Source: Bdellovibrionales bacterium (GTDB lineage: Bacteria > Bdellovibrionota > Bdellovibrionia > Bdellovibrionales > UBA1609). Taken from it: a stretch of 64,000 bases of DNA. Shown here in pieces: positions 26,592-36,751 of this stretch; the stretch's first letter is position 1; the number at the start of each line of letters is the position of its first letter. The position numbers and the translations under genes were made by a program. The stretch lies in assembly GCA_015163875.1 (NCBI GenBank), contig JAAOIH010000003.1, forward strand, positions 10,347 through 74,346. The letters are read 5' to 3'. The notes below the pieces were generated by a model. The model worked only from the letters and a program-made list of their open reading frames with translations. It had not been told where the DNA came from and did no database searches.

Positions 26592-28131
26592 GGCTAGGCT
26601 CAGATGACTGACCAGTGGTTGCTAAAAAAATAATTTGTATAGCATATCTCTTACTTGGATCTTTTTTAAAATTATTAACAAAATCAATATTAAATTTACT
26701 CACCCATGTAGATACAGCAACTTCTGATAGTATTTTTGTAGTAAGAATTTTATGTTTTTTATTTTTATCTATAAAAACTTCTTTTATTTCTACTAACTGT
26801 AATAAACTAGAGTGAGCTTTAAAATTGTTTGCAATAGTAGGAAGTTTTAAATCAACATAATTGTTGTTAATTTTTGGAGCAGCAATTAAAGGTAAAAAAT
26901 TTAAATTAACTTTATTGTCAGATGTTTTTTGTAAAGCAATACTAATTTTTTTAGCTGTTAAAAATTGTGACTTTGTTGCAGCTAGACTGTCTTTAGGTAA
27001 AAAGTCTTCCCACTCTTGCATGTATTTTTTGTTTGTAGTTTTGTCTGAATTTAATTCAAATATTTGTAACATCTTAAATTCTTCGTCTGTGAAATTTTGT
27101 ATTTGAGAACTTTCTGGAAAGTCGCTTAAATTTTTACTTGTAAGTTTTAATTTATTTTTTTCAGTTAATAAACCTAGTACATTTTTGTTTAAAGAATCTT
27201 TAGGTATTGATAATGCAGAGCCAGAAGAGCTAAGTCTTTTAATATCAAATGGAAGGTATTGATTTTGTTTTTTGTCTAAAGAAAGCAACAAAACCTCTTG
27301 CAGTTTTGTATCAATATTAGCTTTAACTTGTATGCTTCCACCTATAGTTTTTTTAGATAAATCAAAATCTAATTTTTTATCTTCAGTTTTTACAAAATCA
27401 GAATTTTTAGAAGAGTAAGCTTTAAATTTAAAAAGATTAACTAATGAAATAAAACTATTTCCACCTTGAATTTTTTTAATAGCTTTTTTTAATGGAAACT
27501 GTCCATGCAATGTATGAATTATATATTTTTTATTTTTAGGAACAACAAGTTCATAATATTCTTTTTTTAATCGTATAGAAAGAAAATAACTTTCAGTTTG
27601 ATTTGGAAGACTAACATTAGCAGGAACTTTTACTCTCGAAAAAGTAGGAACAGGTAATATTTTAGTGCTAAAAAAATTATCAGCAGCAATGTTCCATATC
27701 TCTGATAAATTTAAACTATATAGTGTTAAACCAAAATCTATTAACCCATCTCGTCTTATGTTTGAAAAATTAGAAGTTTTACCCGATAAAGTGTTGATGT
27801 TAGTTGCTTGTTTAGTTAAATAAATATTAAGATTATTTTCTTTTTTAATTTCTAAAACTGTTTTTGTTATAAAATTAGGATAAGATACTATTAAAGTCCA
27901 TGGTGCAGAAATAGATGCTGGTATATCTTTAGCAACATTGCCATTAGAGTCAGAAATTAATTTTTTATTAATTGTTTTTTTTGAATTATAAACAATTACA
28001 GTAGCTCCATGAATAGGATTGTTAAAATTATCTAAAACCTTCCAATTATATGATTTGGCAGCATAAGTTTTTAAGCTGTTAATTAAAAAAACACATATAA
28101 AAATATTTGTAAAAAGTAGTATTTGCTTCAT
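26560..28131 (-). CDS. secreted hypothetical protein with N-terminal carboxypeptidase-regulatory-like (Ig-fold) domain
   Basis: Signal peptide ending TYA-AK. The segment NPIHGATVIVYN...SDSNGNV is typical of CarboxypepD_reg-like domains. The rest is unassigned. Confidence 0.65.
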   Translation of the reverse strand: MKQILLFTNIFICVFLINSLKTYAAKSYNWKVLDNFNNPIHGATVIVYNSKKTINKKLISDSNGNVAKDIPASISAPWTLIVSYPNFITKTVLEIKKENNLNIYLTKQATNINTLSGKTSNFSNIRRDGLIDFGLTLYSLNLSEIWNIAADNFFSTKILPVPTFSRVKVPANVSLPNQTESYFLSIRLKKEYYELVVPKNKKYIIHTLHGQFPLKKAIKKIQGGNSFISLVNLFKFKAYSSKNSDFVKTEDKKLDFDLSKKTIGGSIQVKANIDTKLQEVLLLSLDKKQNQYLPFDIKRLSSSGSALSIPKDSLNKNVLGLLTEKNKLKLTSKNLSDFPESSQIQNFTDEEFKMLQIFELNSDKTTNKKYMQEWEDFLPKDSLAATKSQFLTAKKISIALQKTSDNKVNLNFLPLIAAPKINNNYVDLKLPTIANNFKAHSSLLQLVEIKEVFIDKNKKHKILTTKILSEVAVSTWVSKFNIDFVNNFKKDPSKRYAIQIIFLATTGQSSEPSHATRSLQELL

Positions 28132-28435
28132 AAAAATAACCCCTTAAATCTTTAAAGATTTTGGCTATCTTTAGTCTAGTTAATGCTTGAATTTTTGTCA
28201 AAAAATATTATAAAAAATAAAACATATAAGAATGAGAAGCTTTTTAAAATTAATATTTTATGCAATGCATTAATATCTACAAAAATTATAAATTTTTACA
28301 ATAAAATAATGCACCGCAGTTAGCTTTTAGTATTTATATAAATTGATATCTTTTTATTGAATTGATTTACATTTAATTGCATAACTTACTATGTGTTTTT
28401 GATATAAAAAAATAAATTTATTATCAAAAATTTGT

Positions 28436-28512
28436 GGCGAGGTAGCTCAGGTGGTTAGAGCAGCGGAATCATAATCCGCGTGTCGGGGGTTCAAGTCCCT
28501 CTCTCGCTACCA
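28436..28512 (+). tRNA. tRNA with CAT anticodon (elongator Met, or Ile2 if lysidine-modified)
   Basis: Cloverleaf read by hand: acceptor GGCGAGG/TCTCGCT, D arm GCTC-AGGTGGTTA-GAGC, anticodon arm GCGGA-ATCATAA-TCCGC, T arm with GGTTCAAGTCC, encoded CCA. Not initiator-like: the 1:72 pair is closed and there is no GGG/CCC anticodon stem. Confidence 0.9.
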
Positions 28513-28668
28513 TTTTTAAAAAATAAGCATCTTTTAATTATCAACTAATTTTTTTTGTTATGTTTAACGCGCAAGTTCTTTGTTGTATTTTTTTTGCCAC
28601 TTACTTGACCATAAAAGTAAAGACTCTTTAAACTTTAAACAAATTAAATTTTATACAAAAGAGGTTTT

Positions 28669-30045
28669 ATGTATTTTTTACTATTCTTATCTTTATTTTT
28701 ATTTAATCAGCCTAGCGCATTTGCCGCAGGATTAATTCCAAATTTACCAGGCGAAAAAATGCCTGCATTTAATAAAAATTTTAAATGCATAGCAGATTAT
28801 AAGGCAAAAACTTATATTAAAGATTACAATATTGATTTTAATTCTTTTGGAGGTTTAGAGTTATGTGATAACAGCGTTGATACAAAAAAATTATTTAATG
28901 ATTTAGATATTGTTGAAAACGGATATTTTTCTGGAAATAAAACAAATATATTTATTCAGGGTTTTGTAAAAGCCTCTGAATATGATTACTGGCTAAAAAC
29001 TATGACAAGGGGAATAAGAAGAGGAAACGATGTTCCCTATGCTACAGCTTATAATAGTGGTGGCTATTTTACTATGCAAGATGGGTGGAGCAAATTATCA
29101 ACACTCGGAAGAGTTGGAACTCTTGTTCATGAAGCCAGACATACAGAAGGATACAGACATCGAGCCTGTACTCATGGACCCTATAGTCAGTCTAGCTTAT
29201 CAGGTTGTGATGCCTCTGTAGAAAGGGGAGGAAGTCATGGTGTTGAAATGGAATATTATTCTAGAGTTGTGCTGCAGGGGCAAAATTTTCATCCAGCCTA
29301 TACTAGCATGGCAAGATTAATGAATTTAGCCAGAGCTAATTTTGTTTTTAATAAATATGCTATGAAGCAAAAAGAGGCTTTATTTGTTTTAACTAATAAA
29401 AAAGCTTTGGTATTAAAAGATAATAAAAAAATACCAATTTTTTTATCAAAAAAGATGTTATCTCAATCAAACTATTTAAAGTTAAAGCGCACCTCCCATG
29501 GGGCAAATTTATTTGGATTAAATACCGCGCTAGCTTTTGATATATATTCTTGGTCTAAAAAAATACAAACTAATTTAATTGAAGATGTTTACTCTTATTA
29601 TAAAATGATTAAGCAAGATAAAAAAATTAGCATTATAGATTTAGAAGAAGTAGATTTTGGAAAAGTAAGACACTTAGTAGCGCTAACAAGTGATAGCAAT
29701 ATAATGGTTTATAATTTTCCAAAAGGAAGATGGTATCCTAAATTTAAAGTAGCAGAAGGCTCGTCTTTAAAAACAATAAGTCCTGACGGTAAAAAAGGAT
29801 TATTTTTAGTTACAAAACAAATGTTTGTTCACCCTTTTGACACAACAATTTTAAAGTTTAAACATTCTTTAGATATTAAATGGCCGGCTAATGTAAAAAG
29901 TTATAATTTGTGGAATGCAGATCTTTTAGAGTTAAGAAATGATAAGAAAATTTATTATACAAACTCTGGAAGCGTTTTTTCTGTTACAGATGAAGATATT
30001 GTAGATTTTGTAAAAATTCCTTTATATGACTCTTTTGATTTGTAA
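28669..30045 (+). CDS. secreted hypothetical protein with HExxH motif (putative zinc metallopeptidase)
   Basis: Signal peptide ...PSAFA-AG. LVHEARHTEGYRH contains HEARH. No family assignment is possible from memory. Confidence 0.7.
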   Translation: MYFLLFLSLFLFNQPSAFAAGLIPNLPGEKMPAFNKNFKCIADYKAKTYIKDYNIDFNSFGGLELCDNSVDTKKLFNDLDIVENGYFSGNKTNIFIQGFVKASEYDYWLKTMTRGIRRGNDVPYATAYNSGGYFTMQDGWSKLSTLGRVGTLVHEARHTEGYRHRACTHGPYSQSSLSGCDASVERGGSHGVEMEYYSRVVLQGQNFHPAYTSMARLMNLARANFVFNKYAMKQKEALFVLTNKKALVLKDNKKIPIFLSKKMLSQSNYLKLKRTSHGANLFGLNTALAFDIYSWSKKIQTNLIEDVYSYYKMIKQDKKISIIDLEEVDFGKVRHLVALTSDSNIMVYNFPKGRWYPKFKVAEGSSLKTISPDGKKGLFLVTKQMFVHPFDTTILKFKHSLDIKWPANVKSYNLWNADLLELRNDKKIYYTNSGSVFSVTDEDIVDFVKIPLYDSFDL

Positions 30046-30076
30046 AAATAATTAATAATAAACTTAAGAGGTTAAT

Positions 30077-30727
30077 ATTTTTAAAAAAACACATAAAAAT
30101 ATATTTTTTTTTATCTCTATCATCAGTTTATTTTTTTTAAGTAATTATTTTACTAAAAAAGATAAATTTATTTTTACATCATCACAAAAATCAGACAACA
30201 GACAAATAAATAATAAGCAAACCAGAAATCTACAATCTGTATTAAAGTTAAAAAAATCTAAACAAATTTTACTAAATAATAAAAAAATAAAAAAACAAAC
30301 TGCAATAAAAATTTTTTTACAAAAAGAATCTAAACTTGTTGGTAGCATAAATCATAATCCTAAAGAAAGTTTAGATCGATTAAAAAAACAAGCGGCTTTA
30401 TTAAAAAAAGATGATTTTTTATACCTTTTTAAAGAGGCGGTAAATTTAGATCTAGAAGCTGACCGTAGATTTTTAAGCGTGTACTTAATGTCACTATCAC
30501 AAAATATTAATGCTAAAAACTATTTAAAAAAAATTATCTCAACACCTATTAAAAAAGAAAAAACAATCAGCAGGCTATATGAGCAAGAATTAGTAATTAA
30601 AATGAAAGCTGTAGAGGGGTTTTTAAAAATTATAAAAACAGATATAAGTTATAAATCAAAAGCTTATAGCTTGTTAATGCAGCAAGAAGACCCTTTTTTG
30701 GCAAAATTTATTCGTAGTCTAATGTAA
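30077..30727 (+). CDS. hypothetical signal-anchored protein, probable non-canonical ATT start
   Basis: The frame of the track ORF 30479-30727 is open back to 30068 (137 further codons, hand-translated) with no ATG/GTG/TTG. AAGAGG at 30066-30071 is followed after 5 nt by an in-frame ATT. The predicted N-terminus IFKKTHKNIFFFISIISLFFLSNYF is a basic-then-hydrophobic anchor. Confidence 0.45.
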   Translation: MFKKTHKNIFFFISIISLFFLSNYFTKKDKFIFTSSQKSDNRQINNKQTRNLQSVLKLKKSKQILLNNKKIKKQTAIKIFLQKESKLVGSINHNPKESLDRLKKQAALLKKDDFLYLFKEAVNLDLEADRRFLSVYLMSLSQNINAKNYLKKIISTPIKKEKTISRLYEQELVIKMKAVEGFLKIIKTDISYKSKAYSLLMQQEDPFLAKFIRSLM

Positions 30728-30944
30728 TGACAGTATAATTTTATAGATTTGTTTAAAATATATACAGCATAGCTGTAGTATTTTTATATAAAATTGATAA
30801 TAAAAACCTTGATATATGTCTATTAATTTATAACTATAAGTAATCACTTAATTTTTACTGCAATTAAGCCTGTTGGTACTATTCTTGCTTTAAAATGCTG
30901 TAAAATAAGTCTATTAAAATAGAAATGTAGAAAAGGGGAAAATT

Positions 30945-32024
30945 ATGAGAAATTATGTAAACACAAAATGCTATTTAAGCTTAATCACTATTCTTAGCTT
31001 ACTTGTAACAACTAATCTTTATGCATTAGAATCAAAATTACTTAATGACCAAGTAGAATTTAATAAAGAATCAAACAAACAAAATGCAGAATTAGCTAAT
31101 GATAGCAGCTATAATCACCAACCAATTATAGAGGTTAAAAGCTCTGCAGTTGAAGAATCTGAAGCTGGTAAAATGAGAAAGCGTCGCGAAGATGCTGAAA
31201 TGAAAACAGAACAAAAAATTGCAGAAAGTTTAGAAAGAGCAAGATTAGCTGACGAAAAGAAAAGAGCAGAAAGAATTTTTGGTAATAAAATTCAACCTGC
31301 AAATTCAGCTGCCCCTCAACAAAACACACAACCATCAAGATTAGATGCAATTGAAAACAGTTTATCTACTATTAAAACTAATTTATTTAACCAAGATTTT
31401 GACAAAATAGAACAAGACAGCGGAAAATATGTAGGTTTAGATTTAGGAACAGGTAAATATGCTATTCAGTCTGGAGCTTTAGCTAAAGATGTAACTACCA
31501 GAAGTATTTTTGGAGTTAGCACAGGTATGCGAGTAGAAGACAATCCTTTTATTACTTTAGAGGGGCATTTTTTATTCTCTAAACAAGAGTATGAAAATAA
31601 CAATGGAATAACAAATAGAGAAAATCGTCCATTTACACAAGTTAACCAATATAATGCAGGATTAGCTTTAAAATATGATATTATTCCTTTTGTAATTACT
31701 CCAAGATTAGGGGCAAGTATAGACTATACTTTTCGTCAATACTCTCAGGCATTTACTGAAAATAGTAACAACTTTAATAATAGAAAGTTAGATACTCATT
31801 CTGTAGAAGTTGCTTTAATTGCTGGTGGATATATTAAGGTGTCAAAATATCTAGGAATAGAAGTAAGCTATAGACAGATGACCAATGTGTCTACTAGTGC
31901 CAGAAGTAATTCTTATGATCCTAATTCTCGAAACAATAATGGAAACATTAACGACCGTGTAAAACTATTAGACAGGTCTTCTTATGGAATGTTTTTACTT
32001 TCTTTACAAATGGGTTTTAGATAA
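30945..32024 (+). CDS. probable outer-membrane beta-barrel protein with charged N-terminal region
   Basis: Signal peptide ...NLYA-LE. Charged coiled region, then alternating beta-strand-like segments. C-terminus is ...LSLQMGFR. Confidence 0.6.
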   Translation: MRNYVNTKCYLSLITILSLLVTTNLYALESKLLNDQVEFNKESNKQNAELANDSSYNHQPIIEVKSSAVEESEAGKMRKRREDAEMKTEQKIAESLERARLADEKKRAERIFGNKIQPANSAAPQQNTQPSRLDAIENSLSTIKTNLFNQDFDKIEQDSGKYVGLDLGTGKYAIQSGALAKDVTTRSIFGVSTGMRVEDNPFITLEGHFLFSKQEYENNNGITNRENRPFTQVNQYNAGLALKYDIIPFVITPRLGASIDYTFRQYSQAFTENSNNFNNRKLDTHSVEVALIAGGYIKVSKYLGIEVSYRQMTNVSTSARSNSYDPNSRNNNGNINDRVKLLDRSSYGMFLLSLQMGFR

Positions 32025-32079
32025 TATTTAAACAGAAAACCTTGCTTTTTTAGCAAGGCCTTGTTAGTAAATAGATGTT

Positions 32080-32110
32080 AAGAGAGCTTTTTAGCTCTCT
32101 TTTGTTTTTT
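32080..32110 (+). terminator. rho-independent terminator after the OMP gene
   Basis: Stem AAGAGAGC/GCTCTCTT with a T-rich loop, followed by TTGTTTTTT. Flanked by two more hairpins (32040-32058 CCTTGCT/AGCAAGG, and 32111-32130 AAGAGCTAA/TTAGCTCTT). Confidence 0.6.
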
Positions 32111-32162
32111 AAGAGCTAAATTTAGCTCTTAAAAATTATTAAAGCTAAAGATTATTTAAAGT

Positions 32163-32624
32163 ATGGAAACACCTAATAACACAACACAATTAAGCAAAAT
32201 TAAAAATTTGGTAAAACAAGTTGTAGAACAAAAACAGTGTATTTTTTATGCTGTAGAGCAATTTAAAAGAGGCCAAGATTTAGTTTTAAGAATATTTATT
32301 GATCACAAAGACGGCGTAAGTTTAAAACATTGCGAAAGTGTTTCGCAAGCTTTAAGTTTGCAGCTAGATATTGCAGATTTTATTAATAAATCTTATGAAT
32401 TAGAAGTATCCAGCCCAGGTTTAGATAGAAAACTTATAGAGCCATGGCACTTTGATCAAGTAATAGGAAGATCTATTAAAATGACATGTGAAAAAACTAA
32501 TAACAAAAAATCTAGCGTAAAAGCTAAATTATTAAATGTTAACATTGATGGAATTAGTTTAGACAAAGAAGGTTTTGAACTTATTAAATGGACACAAATA
32601 AAAAAAGCAAATTTATTGTATTAA
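32163..32624 (+). CDS. rimP: ribosome maturation factor RimP
   Basis: LEVSSPGLDRKL motif and position upstream of nusA. Confidence 0.85.
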   Translation: METPNNTTQLSKIKNLVKQVVEQKQCIFYAVEQFKRGQDLVLRIFIDHKDGVSLKHCESVSQALSLQLDIADFINKSYELEVSSPGLDRKLIEPWHFDQVIGRSIKMTCEKTNNKKSSVKAKLLNVNIDGISLDKEGFELIKWTQIKKANLLY

Positions 32625-32642
32625 AAACAATGGAGGAAAGAT

Positions 32643-34130
32643 ATGTCAGCAAGTGCAAATTTATTTTCTAATATTGGAAGATTAATTGATCAAATTCATA
32701 AAGATAAAGGCGTTGAGCGAAATATTGTTGTAGATTCTATTATTCAAGGAGTCGGAGCAGCTATTCACAAAACTTACGGCACTTATCGCGATATAGAAGT
32801 TCAATATAACGAAGAGTCAGGTGAGGTAGAAATTTTTGAATTCAAAGAGGCGGTTAAAGATCCAGATTTTATTGATGAAGAAGTAGAAATTAAATTATCG
32901 AATGCTGTTGATTACGACCCAAATGTTCAAGTAGGTGACTCTGTTGGAGTTAAAATTGAAATTAACGAATTAGGTAGAGTTGCAGCTCAACTTGCTAGAC
33001 AAGTTATTGTGCAAAAAGTTCGCAACGCAGAATCAGAGGTAATATTTAATGAATTTGAACAAAGAAAAGGCGAAGTTGCATCAGGAATTGTTCGCAGAGT
33101 AGAAAGAAGAACTGTTGTTGTAGACTTAGGAAGAACAGAAGCATACATGCCATACAAAGAACAAATTCAAGGCGAAATGCTTAAAGCAGGTGACAGAGTT
33201 CAAGGTTATATTGCAGATGTTCGATTAACTGGTCGAGGCCCTCAAATTATTATATCAAGATCACATAATGATTATTTGAGAAAATTATTTGAATCAGAAG
33301 TTCCAGAAGTTTCAGAAGGAATTATTGAAATTAAAGCAATATCTCGTGACCCAGGTAACAGAGCTAAAGTTGCTGTTTATACTTCAGACTCAGCCATTGA
33401 CCCTGTAGGTTCTTGTGTAGGAGTAAAAGGTAGTCGTGTACAAAATATTACACAAGAATTAAGAGGCGAAAAAATTGATATTATTTTATGGGTAGATGAT
33501 ATAGCTCAATTTGTTTGCAAAGCTTTATCTCCTGCAGATATTACCAAAGTAGTTTTAGATGAATCTAATAATCAAATGGAAGTTATTGTTCCAGATGATC
33601 AACTTAGCCTTGCAATCGGAAGACGAGGTATGAATGTTAGACTGGCATCTAGATTAACAGAGTGGCATTTAGATATTTGTTCAGAGTCACAACTGTCTGC
33701 AAGAACTACAGAAAGTTTAATTCAGCTAATGAAATTAGATGTTTTATCAGACGAAGAAGCAAGAGTGTTAAACAATGCAGGAATTATAACCGTAGACATG
33801 CTGGCAGATTCCAGCATTGATTTTATTACTAATATTTTAGAATTAGAAGACGACAAAAAAGCTAAACAAATTTTAAATAAAGCTATTAAGTTTAAAGGTA
33901 AATTTGCAAACTTAAGCGCATTAAAATTAGCTGTTAAAGAAAGCCTAGGTAACCACAGCATAAAAAAATCAGCAGAAGATGTATTAAAAGAAGAAATGAA
34001 AAACCTAGAAGCAACTAAAGAAGAATCTAAAGAAGAATCTAAAGAAGAATCTAAAGAAGAATCTAAAGAAGCAACTAAAGAAGAATCTAAAGAAGAATCT
34101 AAAGAAGAATCTAAAGAAGAAAAGGAGTAG
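32643..34130 (+). CDS. nusA: transcription termination/antitermination factor NusA with acidic EESK-repeat tail
   Basis: N-terminal domain, S1 domain, two KH domains (GSCVGVKGSRVQNI, IGRRGMNVRLAS) and a C-terminal HhH-like region. The tail is KEESKEESK.... Confidence 0.95.
   Translation: MSASANLFSNIGRLIDQIHKDKGVERNIVVDSIIQGVGAAIHKTYGTYRDIEVQYNEESGEVEIFEFKEAVKDPDFIDEEVEIKLSNAVDYDPNVQVGDSVGVKIEINELGRVAAQLARQVIVQKVRNAESEVIFNEFEQRKGEVASGIVRRVERRTVVVDLGRTEAYMPYKEQIQGEMLKAGDRVQGYIADVRLTGRGPQIIISRSHNDYLRKLFESEVPEVSEGIIEIKAISRDPGNRAKVAVYTSDSAIDPVGSCVGVKGSRVQNITQELRGEKIDIILWVDDIAQFVCKALSPADITKVVLDESNNQMEVIVPDDQLSLAIGRRGMNVRLASRLTEWHLDICSESQLSARTTESLIQLMKLDVLSDEEARVLNNAGIITVDMLADSSIDFITNILELEDDKKAKQILNKAIKFKGKFANLSALKLAVKESLGNHSIKKSAEDVLKEEMKNLEATKEESKEESKEESKEESKEATKEESKEESKEESKEEKE
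34008..34115 (+). repeat. 9 x 12-bp in-frame tandem repeat (GAAGAATCTAAA = EESK; units 1 and 6 are GAAGCAACTAAA = EATK)
   Basis: Read directly from the sequence. Higher-order structure is EATK-(EESK)4-EATK-(EESK)3. Confidence 0.95.
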
Positions 34131-34134
34131 GGTT

Positions 34135-36738
34135 TTGAAAGTTTTTGAATTAGCTAAACAGTTGGGGCTTGAAACCCTCGACTTAATGGACGAAATTAAA
34201 TCAGCTGGTTTTGTAGTAAAAAACCATATGACTGTCTTAGACGAACAGTTAATTTCTAATATTAAATCTTTACTAAGTAAAAAAGCAGACAAAGCAACTT
34301 CTAAAAAAAAGAAAGTCACTAAAAAAAAGGTAGCTGCTAAAAAAACTATTAGCAAAAAAGTTACTGCAAAAAAAGTAACTAAAAAAGTTAACACTACAAT
34401 TACAAAAGCTGTAGTAAAAAAAGTTTCTAAAGCAAAAGCAACAAAAGATACAAAAACTAGCTCAGTAAAAAAAGTTGTTCAAAAAAATAAAATTATTGTA
34501 AGAAAAAAATCAGAAAAAAATATTAAGCCTATTTTAAATGCAAAACCAGAAGATAATAGTATAGAGGCATCAAACGCTAAGTTACTAGAAAAAAAAGAAG
34601 CTTTAAATAACGACTTAAGAAATACAAAATTTGCAGGAGTAAAAGTTTTAGGCACAATAGATATTAAAAAACAAACTACACAAACTCCATCATCTCAATA
34701 TGCTGCTCGCACAAAAGGCCTAAGACCAGGCTTTTCGCCAGATGTATCTGCTCAATCAACTGTCCCATCTGTAAACTCTTTTGACAAAAAAAGAGAAGTA
34801 AAAATAGTAAAAAAAGAAATTACAAAAACTACTACAGGACCTGGAGAGGTGCCTAAGTTTAGCGTTTCTGATTTTAGAAAAAGAGAAGTAGTATTTCCAC
34901 AAAGGCGTAAAAAAATTCTCTCTCAAAAAGATTTTAAAAAAACACTTATTACAGAAAGTAAAAGCTCTAAGCGAATAGTAGAAATGGAATCAGAAATTAG
35001 TGTTGCTGGATTAGCAGCACAGCTTAATGTAAAACCAGGCGCACTAATTAAAATTTTAATTAAAAATGGAATTCAAGCAAACATAAACATGAGTATAGAT
35101 TTTGATACAGTTAGTTTAATTGTTCCTGAATTTAATTTTTCTGTAAAAGCTAGCGTAAAATCTAAAGACGATGTTTTGTCTGAAATACTTACTACAGATT
35201 CAACTCAATCTGTTACAAGATCTCCAATTGTTACAGTAATGGGACATGTTGATCATGGAAAAACTTCTTTATTAGATGTTATCAGAAGCACTAAAGTTAC
35301 AGAAAAAGAAGCCGGAGGAATTACTCAACACATAGGAGCTTACAAAGTAAAAACACCTTCTGGGTCTTATATTACTTTTTTAGACACTCCAGGACACGCA
35401 GCATTTACAGCTATGAGATCAAGAGGAGCAAAACTTACAGATGTTGTTATTATTGTTGTAGCAGCAGACGATGGAGTTATGCCTCAAACTATTGAAGCCA
35501 TTAATCATGCCGCCGCAGCTAAAGTACCTATGCTTGTTGCTATTAATAAAATTGATACACCTGGTGCTAACTTAGACAAAGTAAAAAAAGAATTATCAGA
35601 GCATAATTTAGTATCTGAAGATTGGGGAGGAGAAAATATTTTTTGTGAAATATCAGCACTAAAAAATATTGGAATTGATTCACTATTAGACAGCTTAGCT
35701 TTAATGGCAGAAATGTTAGAGCTAAAAGCTTTTCCTAAAAACTCTGGACAAGGTGTAGTTATTGAAAGTTTTTTATTAAAAGGCTTAGGCAATGTTGCTA
35801 ATATTTTAGTTAAAGACGGAAGTGTTAAAGTTGGAGACTATTTAGTAGTAGGAACAATGTATGCTAAAATTCGACGAATGCTAGACGATACAGGAAGTGT
35901 AATAAAAGTCGCAAAAGCTGGAGACCCTATTCAAATTACAGGTTTTGATTCTGGCGTATCTATTGGCGAAACTTTTTATGTATGTAAAACAGAAAAAGAA
36001 GCTCAATCTTTAACAGAGGCAATCGAAGATGCAGTCATTAAAGAAGAGACTTTGCTTTACTCATCTGATCCAGAAAATATTTTGGCTCAATTAGAAAAAA
36101 ATAAAATTACAGAATTAAAAGTTATTTTAAAAGCAGATGTTGGAGGAAGTTTAGAAGCAGTTAAAGTTGCTTTAGAAAAAATGAAAACAGACGAAGTAGC
36201 TATTAAAGTTTTACACTCTGGAGTTGGAGACATTACAGAAAATGATATATTACTAGGTAACACAACTGATGATGTAAATATTATTGGATTTAATGTAAAA
36301 GCAAATTCTGCTGGACAAAAATTAGCAAAAGAAAAATCTATTGATGTAAAAACTTACTCTGTTATTTACGAATTATTAGATGACTTAAAAGCAAAACTTG
36401 CAGGCTTATTAACCCCAGATAAAGTAGAAAAAGTAATGGGGCAAGTAGAAGTTAGAGAAGTTTTTAGTGTTTCTAAAGTTGGAGTTATTGCAGGTTGCAT
36501 GGTAACTGATGGAAAAGTTCAACGAAATAATAAAGCTCGCTTAATGAGAGACGGCAAAATGCTTCACGAAGGTGATTTGTCTAGCTTAAAAAGATTTAAA
36601 GATGACGCAAAAGAAGTTGCACAAGGCTATGAGTGCGGAATAGGTCTTAAAGACTTTAACGATATTAAAAATGGCGACACTATCGAGCTATTTGCAGTAG
36701 AAGAAGTTAAAAGAAAATTAGTTTTAGAGCAAATATAA
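34135..36738 (+). CDS. infB: translation initiation factor IF-2
   Basis: TTG start 7 nt after AAGGAG (34122-34127, inside the nusA tail). Lys-rich N-terminal region. GTPase motifs [17 protein letters not shown] and NKID. Conserved C-terminal domains. Confidence 0.95.
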   Translation: MKVFELAKQLGLETLDLMDEIKSAGFVVKNHMTVLDEQLISNIKSLLSKKADKATSKKKKVTKKKVAAKKTISKKVTAKKVTKKVNTTITKAVVKKVSKAKATKDTKTSSVKKVVQKNKIIVRKKSEKNIKPILNAKPEDNSIEASNAKLLEKKEALNNDLRNTKFAGVKVLGTIDIKKQTTQTPSSQYAARTKGLRPGFSPDVSAQSTVPSVNSFDKKREVKIVKKEITKTTTGPGEVPKFSVSDFRKREVVFPQRRKKILSQKDFKKTLITESKSSKRIVEMESEISVAGLAAQLNVKPGALIKILIKNGIQANINMSIDFDTVSLIVPEFNFSVKASVKSKDDVLSEILTTDSTQSVTRSPIVTVMGHVDHGKTSLLDVIRSTKVTEKEAGGITQHIGAYKVKTPSGSYITFLDTPGHAAFTAMRSRGAKLTDVVIIVVAADDGVMPQTIEAINHAAAAKVPMLVAINKIDTPGANLDKVKKELSEHNLVSEDWGGENIFCEISALKNIGIDSLLDSLALMAEMLELKAFPKNSGQGVVIESFLLKGLGNVANILVKDGSVKVGDYLVVGTMYAKIRRMLDDTGSVIKVAKAGDPIQITGFDSGVSIGETFYVCKTEKEAQSLTEAIEDAVIKEETLLYSSDPENILAQLEKNKITELKVILKADVGGSLEAVKVALEKMKTDEVAIKVLHSGVGDITENDILLGNTTDDVNIIGFNVKANSAGQKLAKEKSIDVKTYSVIYELLDDLKAKLAGLLTPDKVEKVMGQVEVREVFSVSKVGVIAGCMVTDGKVQRNNKARLMRDGKMLHEGDLSSLKRFKDDAKEVAQGYECGIGLKDFNDIKNGDTIELFAVEEVKRKLVLEQI

Positions 36739-36751
36739 CTGAGATGTTGTA

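Noticed and set aside
28436-32162. Genomic island integrated at tRNA-Met
   Set aside because: I could find no integrase, no visible direct repeat of the tRNA 3' end by eye, and no obvious compositional shift. It is kept only as a low-weight remark in the findings.
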